Positions 37,490 to 46,293 of a stretch of 64,000 nucleotides of DNA are shown here, piece after piece (within the stretch, counting starts at the first letter, position 1; each line of letters begins with the position of its first letter). The translations under genes were made by a program, and so were the position numbers. The DNA is taken from the sequence record OP795442; one strand, given 5' to 3'. The notes below the pieces were generated by a model that saw nothing but the letters and a program-made list of their open reading frames with translations, was not told where the DNA came from and did no database searches. This DNA is from Escherichia phage A7_1.

Positions 37490-37535
37490 GATAAACCCCT
37501 CAACCTGCTCGGTTGCTTCGACGGGGTTTATATAT
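37490..37535 (+). terminator. terminator-like hairpins
   Basis: aaacccc...ggggttt stem then an AT-rich palindrome aaaaaattaa/ttaatttttt; approximate. Confidence 0.45.
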
Positions 37536-37652
37536 CTATTAAAAAATTAACCACACTCACATTCGTTCGGTACTTAATTTTTTAAGTCACCACAAAATTG
37601 TGTTGACACCACAATGAAACAGATGTAGAGTTAACAAGAGAAGGAAAGTCAA

Positions 37653-37751
37653 TTGGATAAGTTTTACATATACTGTCTAACATTGGGATTGATCTTCATG
37701 ATTGTTGGATCAGTGGGTAAAGTTTTACTCAATAGTTTTGGAATTTATTAA
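37653..37751 (+). CDS. tiny hydrophobic peptide (about 32 aa, not in track)
   Basis: TTG start after AGAAGGAAAG SD; (M)DKFYIYCLTLGLIFMIVGSVGKVLLNSFGIY; approximate. Confidence 0.3.
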   Translation: MDKFYIYCLTLGLIFMIVGSVGKVLLNSFGIY

Positions 37752-37763
37752 GAGGAGATCGTA

Positions 37764-38006
37764 ATGAGAGTACGTCAACATCGTGGTACATTGATCGAAA
37801 GTTTGAAAACTGTTAAACAGATTGAAGGTACAAAACAAGCTCTTGTGGATCATATCAACAAAGAGTTAGGTAAACCGTTTAACTTCTCTGTTGATTCGAT
37901 CAGTATTGTGGAAAAAGGAGTTGATGAGCGTATCAACTGGAACAACCATCTGATCCTGATTGATGGATTTGGTGTATTTGGTTATTGTGATCAACATCCT
38001 GTTTAA
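37764..38006 (+). CDS. hypothetical protein
   Basis: Track ORF, 80 aa, GAGGAG SD. Confidence 0.5.
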   Translation: MRVRQHRGTLIESLKTVKQIEGTKQALVDHINKELGKPFNFSVDSISIVEKGVDERINWNNHLILIDGFGVFGYCDQHPV

Positions 38007-38015
38007 GAGGTGGTT

Positions 38016-38117
38016 ATGGGTATTAAATGGTGGTTGTTTGTAGTTCCTGCAAATGATAATGCAGGTGGTGATGGTAAACGTGCAGTCGCACAAACCTATG
38101 TCTATGGTCGTCATTAA
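38016..38117 (+). CDS. tiny protein (about 33 aa, not in track)
   Basis: MGIKWWLFVVPANDNAGGDGKRAVAQTYVYGRH behind AAGAGGTGG SD; approximate. Confidence 0.3.
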   Translation: MGIKWWLFVVPANDNAGGDGKRAVAQTYVYGRH

Positions 38118-38126
38118 GGGGTTATT

Positions 38127-38534
38127 ATGGATGCTTTTTTGAGTATGGTGTTTGCACTAACAGTGGTTGATTGGGTATTTATCGGTATCTATTTACTGTG
38201 TATTCCTTTTGTGATCTGGTTTTACATTGACCTTTTGGCAGGTACTGGCAAGGTAAGTGGGATGGATTACTTCATGTTTATTGTTGTGATCCTGATGGGA
38301 CCTTTAGCTTTGTTGTCTTTCCTTATTGCAAACATTGTGGTAAGAGGGGGCGCTATCAAACAAGCCATTCTTTTAAAGGTGAGTGGAACTGATATCGGTA
38401 AGAAGATCATTGTCTGGAACATTACACGTAAGCTTAAGAAGACTGATACCAAATGGGTTAATCCTTTAGAGCGAGCCGTTCAGAAACGTCACAAAGTCTT
38501 AATAGGGAGAAAACATGGGAAATGCAATCCGTAA
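38127..38534 (+). CDS. membrane protein
   Basis: 135 aa, three hydrophobic helices. Confidence 0.5.
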   Translation: MDAFLSMVFALTVVDWVFIGIYLLCIPFVIWFYIDLLAGTGKVSGMDYFMFIVVILMGPLALLSFLIANIVVRGGAIKQAILLKVSGTDIGKKIIVWNITRKLKKTDTKWVNPLERAVQKRHKVLIGRKHGKCNP

Positions 38535-38678
38535 AATCAAGTGGAAGTTTTGGGAATACGCGCTGGTTGTTGCTGGATATCTTTTCGGATACGGTCATGA
38601 AGTGTACTATGGTGTGAAGCATAATCGAAACATGGCGTACTTCGCGTGGAAGTTTCCAGAGCGTAAGGAAAAGAAATG
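38515..38678 (+). CDS. small protein (about 54 aa, not in track)
   Basis: MGNAIRKIKWKFWEYALVVAGYLFGYGHEV... behind AGGGAGA SD; stop overlaps next ATG; approximate. Confidence 0.35.
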
Positions 38679-39197
38679 AAAGTCACAGAAAGCTTAGTTA
38701 AAAAGCTTCGAATAGAAGAACTCCAGGAAGAAAGGCTCGATCCTATCGAGGTTATCATTGAGAACTACGAGAATGGTAGAGGTAAGCTTATAGTCACCTC
38801 AAGTGGTAAGTCTTGGGTAGGCCAATGGAATGCAATGGGAGGTAGTGTAGAGTCCTTCATCCAACGGGTAGATAATGACTACCTTATCGGATGTATGGGG
38901 CGAGCGCCTAAATTCATTGAAGACAAGGATGAAGATCCTGTCTTCATTAAGAAGATGATCTTGAAGCAACGCCGGACCGATTCAATAACTAAAGGGCAGG
39001 CGAGATGGGCTTGGGATTATACGGAGACGTTTGCCCCTGACCGTGATCACATCCTTCATGGGGTTCCTTTTGCGCTTCAACCCCTGAGGGAGTTAGAAGA
39101 ACCTTGGTATCTGGACTGGCCCACAAAAATCAATACGGATTATGTACACCAAAGTAAGATCCTGGATGTTGTTCGTAAAGTCATAAAGCCAAATTAA
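38676..39197 (+). CDS. hypothetical protein
   Basis: Track ORF, 173 aa. Confidence 0.5.
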   Translation: MKVTESLVKKLRIEELQEERLDPIEVIIENYENGRGKLIVTSSGKSWVGQWNAMGGSVESFIQRVDNDYLIGCMGRAPKFIEDKDEDPVFIKKMILKQRRTDSITKGQARWAWDYTETFAPDRDHILHGVPFALQPLRELEEPWYLDWPTKINTDYVHQSKILDVVRKVIKPN

Positions 39198-39204
39198 TCA
39201 CAAA

Positions 39205-39235
39205 AAGGGGTTGACGGGAGTCGCCCCTTAAGTTA
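39205..39235 (+). terminator. terminator-like hairpin
   Basis: aggggttgacgggagtcgcccct, weak T-run; approximate. Confidence 0.45.
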
Positions 39236-39272
39236 GACTTCAGTTATCGAAACAAAGAGGGGGAAACACATA

Positions 39273-39488
39273 ATGACTAAGATTGTAACTTACGTGTTCG
39301 AAGGTGATTCTGTACCCAGTGAATTTTTTGAAGATGTTTACAGCAATGATCGTGGAGTGGAACCTTTAAAGGTTTTACTTGTTGATGTTACCAACTACGG
39401 TGATGATATCGAAGTCACAGTGCAAGGAACAACCCGAGAAGTCATTGATGAACGTATGAAGTATTGGACACTGTTGCTGAAAAAATAA
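39273..39488 (+). CDS. hypothetical protein
   Basis: Track ORF, 71 aa. Confidence 0.5.
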   Translation: MTKIVTYVFEGDSVPSEFFEDVYSNDRGVEPLKVLLVDVTNYGDDIEVTVQGTTREVIDERMKYWTLLLKK

Positions 39489-39520
39489 AAAAGTTATTTT
39501 AAATTACATAGGAGAAAGAA

Positions 39521-40162
39521 ATGGCTATCTATGCAAAACTGAAAGAAAGTAAGAAAAGTTATTTTATTTCAATGGACCCATCTAACCGACGTATGATTGA
39601 AAATCATGGTGATCGATTCATTGTTCGACCTTCTGAGAATAACGATTCTTACTTACGTCCGGTGGGTCCACGTATTGAGGGTCAGTTCTTAACATCCCGA
39701 GATATCGAAGAGTATTTTACATTCTTCCCTGAATGGTCAGCAGAGTCAGCAGAATACATCGTTAACTTGGCGATCCCGCAGGGTCAGGTGTCTATTGATG
39801 ATCAGTATCTGTTGGGTGATTTAACTGGGGACTATAGAATTAAAACAAGCCACCCGAATATGTGGCGACTCTATAACAACTCTACTAACCCTGATGATTA
39901 TGTCCTAATCAAGCAGAGTAATTTGGAGAAATACTTCACCTTAGAGGAAGATTGCTTAAAGAGAGCATTGAATAAGTTTGACAATTACACCTCTTCTTCT
40001 TCTTCTTCTTCTTCTTCTGTTGAAAAGGAACAGGAACTCGCAGATGATGATGTTTTTGAATTGAAGATTAAACGCACAGTAAGGGTTAAGGATGCAGAAA
40101 TCACAGAGGACAATCTGGATCAGTTCATTGCACAGCTTACTAAACTGGTTAAAGGAGAATAA
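39521..40162 (+). CDS. hypothetical protein with poly-Ser tract
   Basis: 213 aa; internal run of 9 Ser encoded by a (TCT)n repeat. Confidence 0.55.
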   Translation: MAIYAKLKESKKSYFISMDPSNRRMIENHGDRFIVRPSENNDSYLRPVGPRIEGQFLTSRDIEEYFTFFPEWSAESAEYIVNLAIPQGQVSIDDQYLLGDLTGDYRIKTSHPNMWRLYNNSTNPDDYVLIKQSNLEKYFTLEEDCLKRALNKFDNYTSSSSSSSSSVEKEQELADDDVFELKIKRTVRVKDAEITEDNLDQFIAQLTKLVKGE

Positions 40163-40165
40163 AAG

Positions 40166-40480
40166 ATGATTATCGATCAAAGAACGCAAGTAGTTATTGA
40201 CAAGACTTTCAGTGTACGTAAAAGTATCATTGCAGACATTAGTCTTGAGCGTATGACCGAAGAGGGTATTGATACTTCTGTAAACTACCCCTTGATGGAA
40301 GAAGACTTCCTACGTAAAATTATGAAGCAGAGTTTTACCGACTACGTTCGGGTAGAAACGAACAAAGACATGTGGTTAGTCTTTAAACTATCTGCCGATA
40401 CTGATCACGAACAAGAATTCAATGCGGCATTAGCCTGGATTCTTAAATACTGTAATGACAATGATCTGGAGGTAATGTAA
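40166..40480 (+). CDS. hypothetical protein
   Basis: Track ORF, 104 aa. Confidence 0.5.
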   Translation: MIIDQRTQVVIDKTFSVRKSIIADISLERMTEEGIDTSVNYPLMEEDFLRKIMKQSFTDYVRVETNKDMWLVFKLSADTDHEQEFNAALAWILKYCNDNDLEVM

Positions 40481-40707
40481 TGCACAAGCTTCCAAAGAAC
40501 TTTCGATTCTATCGTGATCTGAAATTAAAGTCTGTGCTGTTTGTCGAGAATTTAGAGTTAGAGGAGTTTTATGGTTTTGAATGGTACGAAGGGGATATGG
40601 GAGAGATGAACCTCAAGAATGTTCTCGAATTTTGGGGCAACGATGATGGAGAAGGATACAGCCCCACTCCAAAACACGAGCTTTCCCTTGTTGAGATTAG
40701 ACAGTAA
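40480..40707 (+). CDS. hypothetical protein
   Basis: Track ORF, 75 aa, ATG overlaps upstream stop. Confidence 0.45.
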   Translation: MHKLPKNFRFYRDLKLKSVLFVENLELEEFYGFEWYEGDMGEMNLKNVLEFWGNDDGEGYSPTPKHELSLVEIRQ

Positions 40708-40812
40708 CAAAAGAAGGGGCCTAAACAGGCCCCTGTAAGCATAAACAAGCACAAGACGATAAATGACCTTACCAAAGATAAAAGGTCCTCACAAACGCAT
40801 ACAGGAGCTTAC

Positions 40813-41631
40813 ATGGCCTATCGTAAATTTGACCCACTAATCATTTATGAAGTTGTCCCAATGAGTGTCTCCAATCCTCATGGTTTGCAATCACCTACCC
40901 CACTTGACCATAAGACAATGATCAGGAATGCAGAGTACACCTTAAGAGATCTTGAGAACGAAGAGATTGAAAGTGCTGTGCATGGATTGAAAGACCTGAT
41001 CCGTGAACTTGATACGGATGATTCTGTTCAAGAATATATTGAAAAGTCAGAGGCGCTAATCACGAAGTTTCATGAGTACCGCACTAAGGTATCGCGTATT
41101 CTTGATGAAGCTTTTGATCCTTCATCAAAAGACCCGATAAATGATGACAAGGCAATAGCCTTACTCAGCCAAATAGCTGACGCTACTGACAGCATGGACC
41201 CTGGTTTTGTAAGGGCTGATCATACCTGTGTAGATCAGTTTCCTTTAGCCTATCTTAAATCCAAAAAAGCATTCGGTAGTCTGGCTTTTGTCTGGGAGTA
41301 TGAGAAAGATTCCCTTACTCGTTACATCAATCGGGTAGGTAAGAAAGATACTTCAGTTACGTTAAATATCTTTTGTGATGGTTCCTTGATGGTCCATAAC
41401 AACTGGACAAAAGAGAGCATCCTCTTTGGTAAAGAAAGAGATCAGAAATTTAAACTGGTAAACTATATCCGTTTCGCAACAGAGGATAGTAAAATGGGTA
41501 AGTCATTTAAAGAGGAGGACTTTAAAACTTTCTTTGAGGATTGGCTTTCCCCAACAGAAGAAGAGATCCAACTCTTCAAGGCTGTAAATGGGGATGTTTC
41601 GTTCGACCTCTACACACTTTTTAATGAGTGA
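40813..41631 (+). CDS. hypothetical protein
   Basis: Track ORF, 272 aa; last gene of the rightward unit. Confidence 0.55.
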   Translation: MAYRKFDPLIIYEVVPMSVSNPHGLQSPTPLDHKTMIRNAEYTLRDLENEEIESAVHGLKDLIRELDTDDSVQEYIEKSEALITKFHEYRTKVSRILDEAFDPSSKDPINDDKAIALLSQIADATDSMDPGFVRADHTCVDQFPLAYLKSKKAFGSLAFVWEYEKDSLTRYINRVGKKDTSVTLNIFCDGSLMVHNNWTKESILFGKERDQKFKLVNYIRFATEDSKMGKSFKEEDFKTFFEDWLSPTEEEIQLFKAVNGDVSFDLYTLFNE

Positions 41632-41651
41632 TATTTGTTCGCTGAAACAAA

Positions 41652-41748
41652 TTCAGATTTCAGATCCAAAATCTATTTGAGATATTTCCCTGTGATATTT
41701 GTTTCATGGGGAATTTTCAGATTTCAATTTGAAATTCTATTTGAGATA
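41652..41748. repeat. two about 33-bp imperfect direct repeats
   Basis: ttcagatttca(g/a)at...aaat(c/t)ctatttgagata occurs twice about 63 bp apart; approximate. Confidence 0.6.
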
Positions 41749-41926
41749 AATTTAAGACTCCTGCCACCGTGCCCCATCCATACTGTGTCATTCCTGCATA
41801 CCTGCACCACTAGATCAACTTAGTTGATGCCCCTCTTACAGACTCACCCTCCAGATTCAATACGTTACTGCTCCACTATACATACGATACAAAGCAAACA
41901 TACGACACTCATGACCAGAATAATTT

Positions 41927-42094
41927 GAGAACTTGAGAGGTTTTTCATTTTTGAGATCGTAACCTGAAAACTGTGCACGAGAACTTGAGAGGTTTTTCGA
42001 TACAGGGATTAGGAACTTGAGAGCTTTTTCATTTTTGAGTTTGCATTTGAACTTGAGAACTTGAGCTACAGGCCAGATACTTGAGAGGTTTTTC
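41927..42094. repeat. iteron array, five copies of about 17-bp gaacttgagaggtttttc
   Basis: Direct repeats at about 41930, 41980, 42013, 42049 and 42077; interspersed catttttgag and gaaaaatttttc palindromes; no ORF. Confidence 0.7.
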
Positions 42095-42451
42095 AAATTT
42101 CAGTTTCATTTCAAAATTGAAAAATTTTTCATAAGCATAAAAGTATAGAGGTTGTCAAGGTCTTTGATAAGAAATTTTTCAGGGGGTGAGAATTATTCTC
42201 ATTTGCAAAATAGCGGGCAGGGGTGGTGATTGCCTCGTGAAACCGTCCTCATCACCGTGAATATATAATAGCACCGTTTTTGATTCGAAAGCAACAACAT
42301 TTTAAAAATATTTTTCGGTAAATTTTAGGCGAGCTACCAGCGATTATAGCTATCGATGCCCTTCGGCTATCATCACCCAAGTTTAACGCCGTTGGTAGGC
42401 GATTGTTTTCCTATGTAGGCATTATGGCCCCTGGCGGGGCCGTTGTCAACA

Positions 42452-42730
42452 TTATTTTTTATCTTCTTGCCAGGTAAGAACGCCTAACCAAAAATACACG
42501 TCGCCCTTAGCGTTCGGCGGTATCTTGCTTTCTTTCCCGCCAGCACACGCCCAAAGGTAACCATCGGTAAACGTATCAAGGTAGTCCATATCTTCCACCT
42601 TTCGATCCGCCAGGTTAAGGATAGTATTAACGTCTAAGCCTGTTGCGCTTGCTACCTGGTAGACCGTGCCACCTTGCCAGCCTAACGAGTGCATAAGATG
42701 CAAAGTAGTAGTAGTGGTGATGGTAGTCAT
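42452..42730 (-). CDS. hypothetical protein, leftward orphan gene
   Basis: Track ORF, 92 aa; own TTGCCA-17-TATAGT promoter on minus strand; locally higher GC. Confidence 0.45.
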   Translation of the reverse strand: MTTITTTTTLHLMHSLGWQGGTVYQVASATGLDVNTILNLADRKVEDMDYLDTFTDGYLWACAGGKESKIPPNAKGDVYFWLGVLTWQEDKK

Positions 42731-42778
42731 AGTATCGCCCTTTCTTCTGTTGTGCGCCCTGGTTGGCGCGGTAAAAAG

Positions 42779-42870
42779 ACTATAAATGATCTTCCTTTAT
42801 ATGGCAAGGAAAAAGAAAATTAAAAAAGATTGAAAATAATGTTGACGTGGTGAATCTGGTAGCGTAGTAT
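42779..42870. promoter_or_regulatory. divergent promoter pair
   Basis: Rightward TTGACG-17-TAGTAT; leftward TTGCCA-17-TATAGT. Confidence 0.55.
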
Positions 42871-42927
42871 TCATCTCATCGAACGGCGACATGCCAACAA
42901 GTAAACAAATAAAAGGGCAACAACAAA

Positions 42928-43113
42928 ATGAATAAAAGAATTACAAACGTAAATCCTGGCGAACGTTTCCAACATGAGGGGCATTTGCACACTGTAGTAA
43001 GCAACAAAGAGCATACTGTAAGAGTAAATAGAAATATCTTGCAACTTCGCGATCGTTTTGGTATCGTACAGACTTACACTTTCGAAGCAAATAAAACAGT
43101 TAAAACTTTCTGA
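42928..43113 (+). CDS. hypothetical small protein
   Basis: Track ORF, 61 aa. Confidence 0.5.
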   Translation: MNKRITNVNPGERFQHEGHLHTVVSNKEHTVRVNRNILQLRDRFGIVQTYTFEANKTVKTF

Positions 43114-43124
43114 GGATTTTTAAA

Positions 43125-43460
43125 ATGGCACTAGTCACTAAGTATTTCATTGAAGGCCAGCAAGCGGCGCAACAAGGTTACAGCCGTGTTACTCGTTACA
43201 AGAAAGAAGAAAACAAGATTGAATTTTTCAAGGGTTACGATAGTGTAAACCGTGATGCAATGGTCCTACGCTTCGAATCCGATCCAGTGGGCAAGCCTGT
43301 TACCTCTTACCAGGCATCACCGCAGATTGTTTATGTTGGTACTGTTAAAGAATGTAACGACAAGTTAATCACTTTGAAGCAGGCCGATCGTGCGGGTTAC
43401 TTTGTTGTTTACACTGCTGACGGTAAGCCTTACCAGTACGAAAGCAAATATTTTAAATAA
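43125..43460 (+). CDS. hypothetical protein
   Basis: Track ORF, 111 aa. Confidence 0.55.
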   Translation: MALVTKYFIEGQQAAQQGYSRVTRYKKEENKIEFFKGYDSVNRDAMVLRFESDPVGKPVTSYQASPQIVYVGTVKECNDKLITLKQADRAGYFVVYTADGKPYQYESKYFK

Positions 43461-43466
43461 AAAGTA

Positions 43467-43523
43467 TTGACAGAAAGAAAGAAGTAAATTAAATTATACC
43501 ACGTAACGCCGCAATCGTGCGGC
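43467..43523 (+). promoter_or_regulatory. sigma70-like promoter plus 5' GC hairpin cassette
   Basis: TTGACA-17-TAAATT then hairpin gccgca-atcg-tgcggc. Confidence 0.55.
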
Positions 43524-43550
43524 AATAAAAACTGATAGGAATTGAACAAA

Positions 43551-43763
43551 ATGGCTAAAATCATCATTAAAAAATCCCGTGTATCTTCTGTTGCTCGCGT
43601 CGAAATGGTAAACACTATGCCAGGTTACCGGACTCGCGAGGAAGCCCGAAGCGTTGCAAAACAGATTAAAGCCCGTGGCTTAACTGTAAGTGCACCGACC
43701 AAAACACAAGAAGGATGGAAGGTATCTATTAAATCCGGTACACTGTCAATCAATAAACACTAA
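43551..43763 (+). CDS. hypothetical basic small protein
   Basis: Track ORF 43542 has a TTG start; ATG at 43551 (MAKIIIKKSR) is likelier. Confidence 0.5.
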   Translation: MAKIIIKKSRVSSVARVEMVNTMPGYRTREEARSVAKQIKARGLTVSAPTKTQEGWKVSIKSGTLSINKH

Positions 43764-43825
43764 TAGCCAAAACATTAACGGGGCAACTTTGCCCTCATTA
43801 AATAACATTATCCAGGAGTATTAAC

Positions 43826-43984
43826 ATGACTAGCCAAAACACTAACATTGAAAAAATCAACATTACTAAAGAGCGTAAAGCATGGAATGAAACATTAAAT
43901 CTCAAAGGTAAGAAGCTGAATAAAACTAAACGCGATCGCAGTACAAAGCGGGCCTTTTGTGAATTTACAGCGGATCAAGAGTGA
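43826..43984 (+). CDS. small basic protein (about 52 aa, not in track)
   Basis: MTSQNTNIEKINITKERKAWNETLNLKGKK... behind CCAGGAGT SD; approximate. Confidence 0.35.
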   Translation: MTSQNTNIEKINITKERKAWNETLNLKGKKLNKTKRDRSTKRAFCEFTADQE

Positions 43985-44175
43985 TGATTAAAGTTATTGC
44001 ACTTACTGCTTTATTGTGTATACCATTTTTGGCGCACGGTACTAAGTTTTACGGTGCTAACTTGATAGATTGTAAAGCTCATATGCTGGACCATGAAACA
44101 GGCAACAAATTTCTTAAGCCTTTCCAGATCAATCCAGCGGCATTTAGTGACCGGTGTTTTGTATCAGGAAGGTAA
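43984..44175 (+). CDS. small protein with signal-peptide-like N-terminus
   Basis: Track ORF 43981..44175; MIKVIALTALLCIPFLAHG. Confidence 0.45.
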   Translation: MIKVIALTALLCIPFLAHGTKFYGANLIDCKAHMLDHETGNKFLKPFQINPAAFSDRCFVSGR

Positions 44176-44287
44176 AGCCAGTACGCTGATAATGCATTAC
44201 GATCCGACAACAAAGAAAGGTAGTCTATCAATCCAGGTTGGAGAGGTGGAAGAGTTTTCCGGTGAAATAGTCTGTAATTAATATCTT

Positions 44288-44319
44288 GAGGCCCGTCATT
44301 GTACGGGCCTTTTTCTTTT
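44288..44319 (+). terminator. rho-independent terminator
   Basis: aggcccgtcattgtacgggcct followed by T-run. Confidence 0.8.
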
Positions 44320-44343
44320 ATGAAAATAATTTTGAAAATGTTG

Positions 44344-44411
44344 TTGACAGTAAAATCGATTCTGTTAAGATGTATCACATCAGGACGGGGAACGAAGTAA
44401 ACACTCCCCGT
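44344..44411 (+). promoter_or_regulatory. promoter plus hairpin cassette with no downstream ORF
   Basis: TTGACA-16/17-TAAGAT then acgggga...tccccgt hairpin; next start codon is after a second cassette. Confidence 0.5.
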
Positions 44412-44470
44412 TAAGTAGTCCAGGAGTAAGACATACGAAAAACTCCCCTGATAAAAAGATTTAAAAGTGG

Positions 44471-44527
44471 TTGACACAAAATTAAAAACTGTTAAGATGT
44501 ATCACATACGGCGGCAATAGTGCCGCC
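44471..44527 (+). promoter_or_regulatory. promoter plus 5' GC hairpin cassette
   Basis: TTGACA-16-TAAGAT then ggcggca-atag-tgccgcc. Confidence 0.6.
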
Positions 44528-44547
44528 TCCAACAAAGAGAAATTATC

Positions 44548-44799
44548 ATGGCTAACAAAACTAAAACCACTAAAACTTATAACGGTCACAAAAACAAAAA
44601 TCATTGGAACGTTTCTCTATGGCTTAACAATGATTCATCACTTTACCAGCTGGCGAAAGAATTTATTAACGCTAACACTAATCGTAATGATGCGGCGCGG
44701 GATATGATGATTTTTCTGGAACAAACTGGACAATATAAAACTCCAGACGGTTTCAAGTACAGCACTACGGCGATCCGTGCTGCAATGGTTGGAATGTAA
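44548..44799 (+). CDS. hypothetical protein (paralogue of 46366..46605)
   Basis: 83 aa; shares HWNVSLW and C-terminal TPDGFKYSTTAIRAAMVGM. Confidence 0.55.
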   Translation: MANKTKTTKTYNGHKNKNHWNVSLWLNNDSSLYQLAKEFINANTNRNDAARDMMIFLEQTGQYKTPDGFKYSTTAIRAAMVGM

Positions 44800-44817
44800 T
44801 ATTCAATACTGTAACAA

Positions 44818-44836
44818 TGGCGGGATTAGTTCCCGC
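44818..44836 (+). promoter_or_regulatory. 5' leader GC hairpin
   Basis: ggcggga-ttagt-tcccgcc. Confidence 0.5.
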
Positions 44837-44855
44837 CTTTGCGGAGAAATATCTA

Positions 44856-45143
44856 ATGAGCAAAGTAATTGACTGTAAAGTGTTAACCAAATCATTGTCA
44901 ATCAGTGAGTGCACCAATGGTTATTGGCTTTATGATGAAACACGCGGCATGAATCTAGCTATGGAAGCTAAAACGGCTGAGGCGGCGTATGTGCAAGCCC
45001 TGGAATACTACCAGAGACGTTTAAAGGAAGTAGAAAACAATTATCAGAATCTCAAAGAGAAAGTAGATCATTTCGTTGGTCAATTCGTTGACGATGACGA
45101 GGAAGACGGGCACTACTGCAACCGCTGCGGATCTTACAGTTAA
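44856..45143 (+). CDS. hypothetical protein
   Basis: Track ORF 44817 begins inside the hairpin; ATG at about 44856 behind GGAG is likelier (MSKVIDCKVL). Confidence 0.5.
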   Translation: MSKVIDCKVLTKSLSISECTNGYWLYDETRGMNLAMEAKTAEAAYVQALEYYQRRLKEVENNYQNLKEKVDHFVGQFVDDDEEDGHYCNRCGSYS

Positions 45144-45147
45144 GTAC

Positions 45148-45207
45148 TTGCAATTAGTTTTAAGTACTGTATAATGTTTTACATCGAGAGCGGGAATAGT
45201 TCCCGCC
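45148..45207 (+). promoter_or_regulatory. promoter plus 5' GC hairpin cassette
   Basis: TTGCAA-16-TATAAT then gcgggaa-tag-ttcccgc. Confidence 0.6.
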
Positions 45208-45229
45208 TCACATCAAAGAGATTAAAATT

Positions 45230-45457
45230 ATGGCTATCCTTATTGTTCGTGTATCCGGTACAGTTGGTAACTCCCAGGTTGTAGCAGTTGTAACAAGCAA
45301 AAAGATTAATGAATCTTCTAAAATCTTGAACGAATGGGCCGTTGCTAACTTTGGTCAATGGTCGAGCGTCGAGTATCTCGAATCTTACCAGGTGCCAACT
45401 ATTAGCCTAACCGATCTCAATGTTGATCGCCTGTTATGCCTGGATGAATTGATTTAA
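45230..45457 (+). CDS. hypothetical protein
   Basis: Track ORF, 75 aa. Confidence 0.5.
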   Translation: MAILIVRVSGTVGNSQVVAVVTSKKINESSKILNEWAVANFGQWSSVEYLESYQVPTISLTDLNVDRLLCLDELI

Positions 45458-45464
45458 AAAGTAG

Positions 45465-45524
45465 TTGCAAAGTAAAACGAATAAAGTATAATACATTACA
45501 TCAGGGGGAGAAATGATTCTCCCC
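45465..45524 (+). promoter_or_regulatory. promoter plus 5' GC hairpin cassette
   Basis: TTGCAA-16-TATAAT then gggggaga-aatga-ttctcccc. Confidence 0.6.
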
Positions 45525-45541
45525 ACTAAAAGGAAACTAAA

Positions 45542-45685
45542 ATGAAAACTTGTCAGTGTGGTAAAAAGTCTATTGCTGGTCTGCGTCGCGGTGTTGCTTT
45601 ATGCCAGTATCATTACAATAGTCAAGTATGGGGTAAAACGTGGGCTGACCAGGTTGAAGCAGCAAAGAAAGCAAAAAGTAATTGA
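45542..45685 (+). CDS. small Cys-rich protein (about 47 aa, not in track)
   Basis: MKTCQCGKKSIAGLRRGVALCQYHYNSQVW... behind AAGGA SD; the antisense track ORF 45570..45887 is rejected; approximate. Confidence 0.4.
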   Translation: MKTCQCGKKSIAGLRRGVALCQYHYNSQVWGKTWADQVEAAKKAKSN

Positions 45686-45738
45686 CAGCAAGAAGAAAAA
45701 GAGTAAACTGTATTACGTAGGGCGGCAATAGCGCCGCC
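45682..45738 (+). promoter_or_regulatory. promoter plus 5' GC hairpin cassette
   Basis: TTGACA then ggcggc-aatagc-gccgcc. Confidence 0.55.
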
Positions 45739-45762
45739 ACATCAAAGATAGAGAGAATCAAA

Positions 45763-45981
45763 ATGGCCAATATCCGCACTGTACTGAAAAATGCAAAACA
45801 AGTTTTATTTTCTGACGATGAATATTTTAATCGCAATATCAAAGGCGTTCGGAACATTGAGGATGTAAAGGAATTATTTGGAATCAAAGGTAACGTATAT
45901 CGTAAAGGATTGCACGGTAATAATTTTGAATATAAGTTGGCTGATAGTGATTATAATTTTACACTGACCACCATTAGTTGA
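45763..45981 (+). CDS. hypothetical protein
   Basis: Track ORF, 72 aa. Confidence 0.5.
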   Translation: MANIRTVLKNAKQVLFSDDEYFNRNIKGVRNIEDVKELFGIKGNVYRKGLHGNNFEYKLADSDYNFTLTTIS

Positions 45982-46000
45982 AAGTTTTAACCTAGCGCTA

Positions 46001-46029
46001 TTGACTTAAGCCGATAGTGCTGGCATAAT
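46001..46029 (+). promoter_or_regulatory. sigma70-like promoter (copy 1 of a duplicated promoter)
   Basis: TTGACT-17-CATAAT; about 40-bp leader nearly identical to the promoter at 46294. Confidence 0.6.
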
Positions 46030-46061
46030 AACTTTTATCAAGAACATCAAAGGAAAGTAAA

Positions 46062-46274
46062 ATGGCTATCATTACTAAAATCAAAGTAAACAAAACACTG
46101 GTTAAGCTGGAAGAAGTGAAAGCAGGTTATAAAGTATCTTGGTGTGGCATGTATCGGATGTTCACAGATATAGACGATGCAATCAATTACTACACTAACA
46201 CGATTAAAAACTTTGTTCGTGCTGATGTGATTATTGCAGTGGAAGCACATAAAGCATCGAAAGAAAGTAAGTAA
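46062..46274 (+). CDS. hypothetical protein
   Basis: Track ORF, 70 aa. Confidence 0.5.
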   Translation: MAIITKIKVNKTLVKLEEVKAGYKVSWCGMYRMFTDIDDAINYYTNTIKNFVRADVIIAVEAHKASKESK

Positions 46275-46293
46275 AATTATTACCACAGTACTA

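Noticed and set aside
41925-42100. CRISPR array
   Set aside because: Repeats here and at 56640-58508 are imperfect, irregularly spaced and lack unique equal-length spacers between identical repeats.
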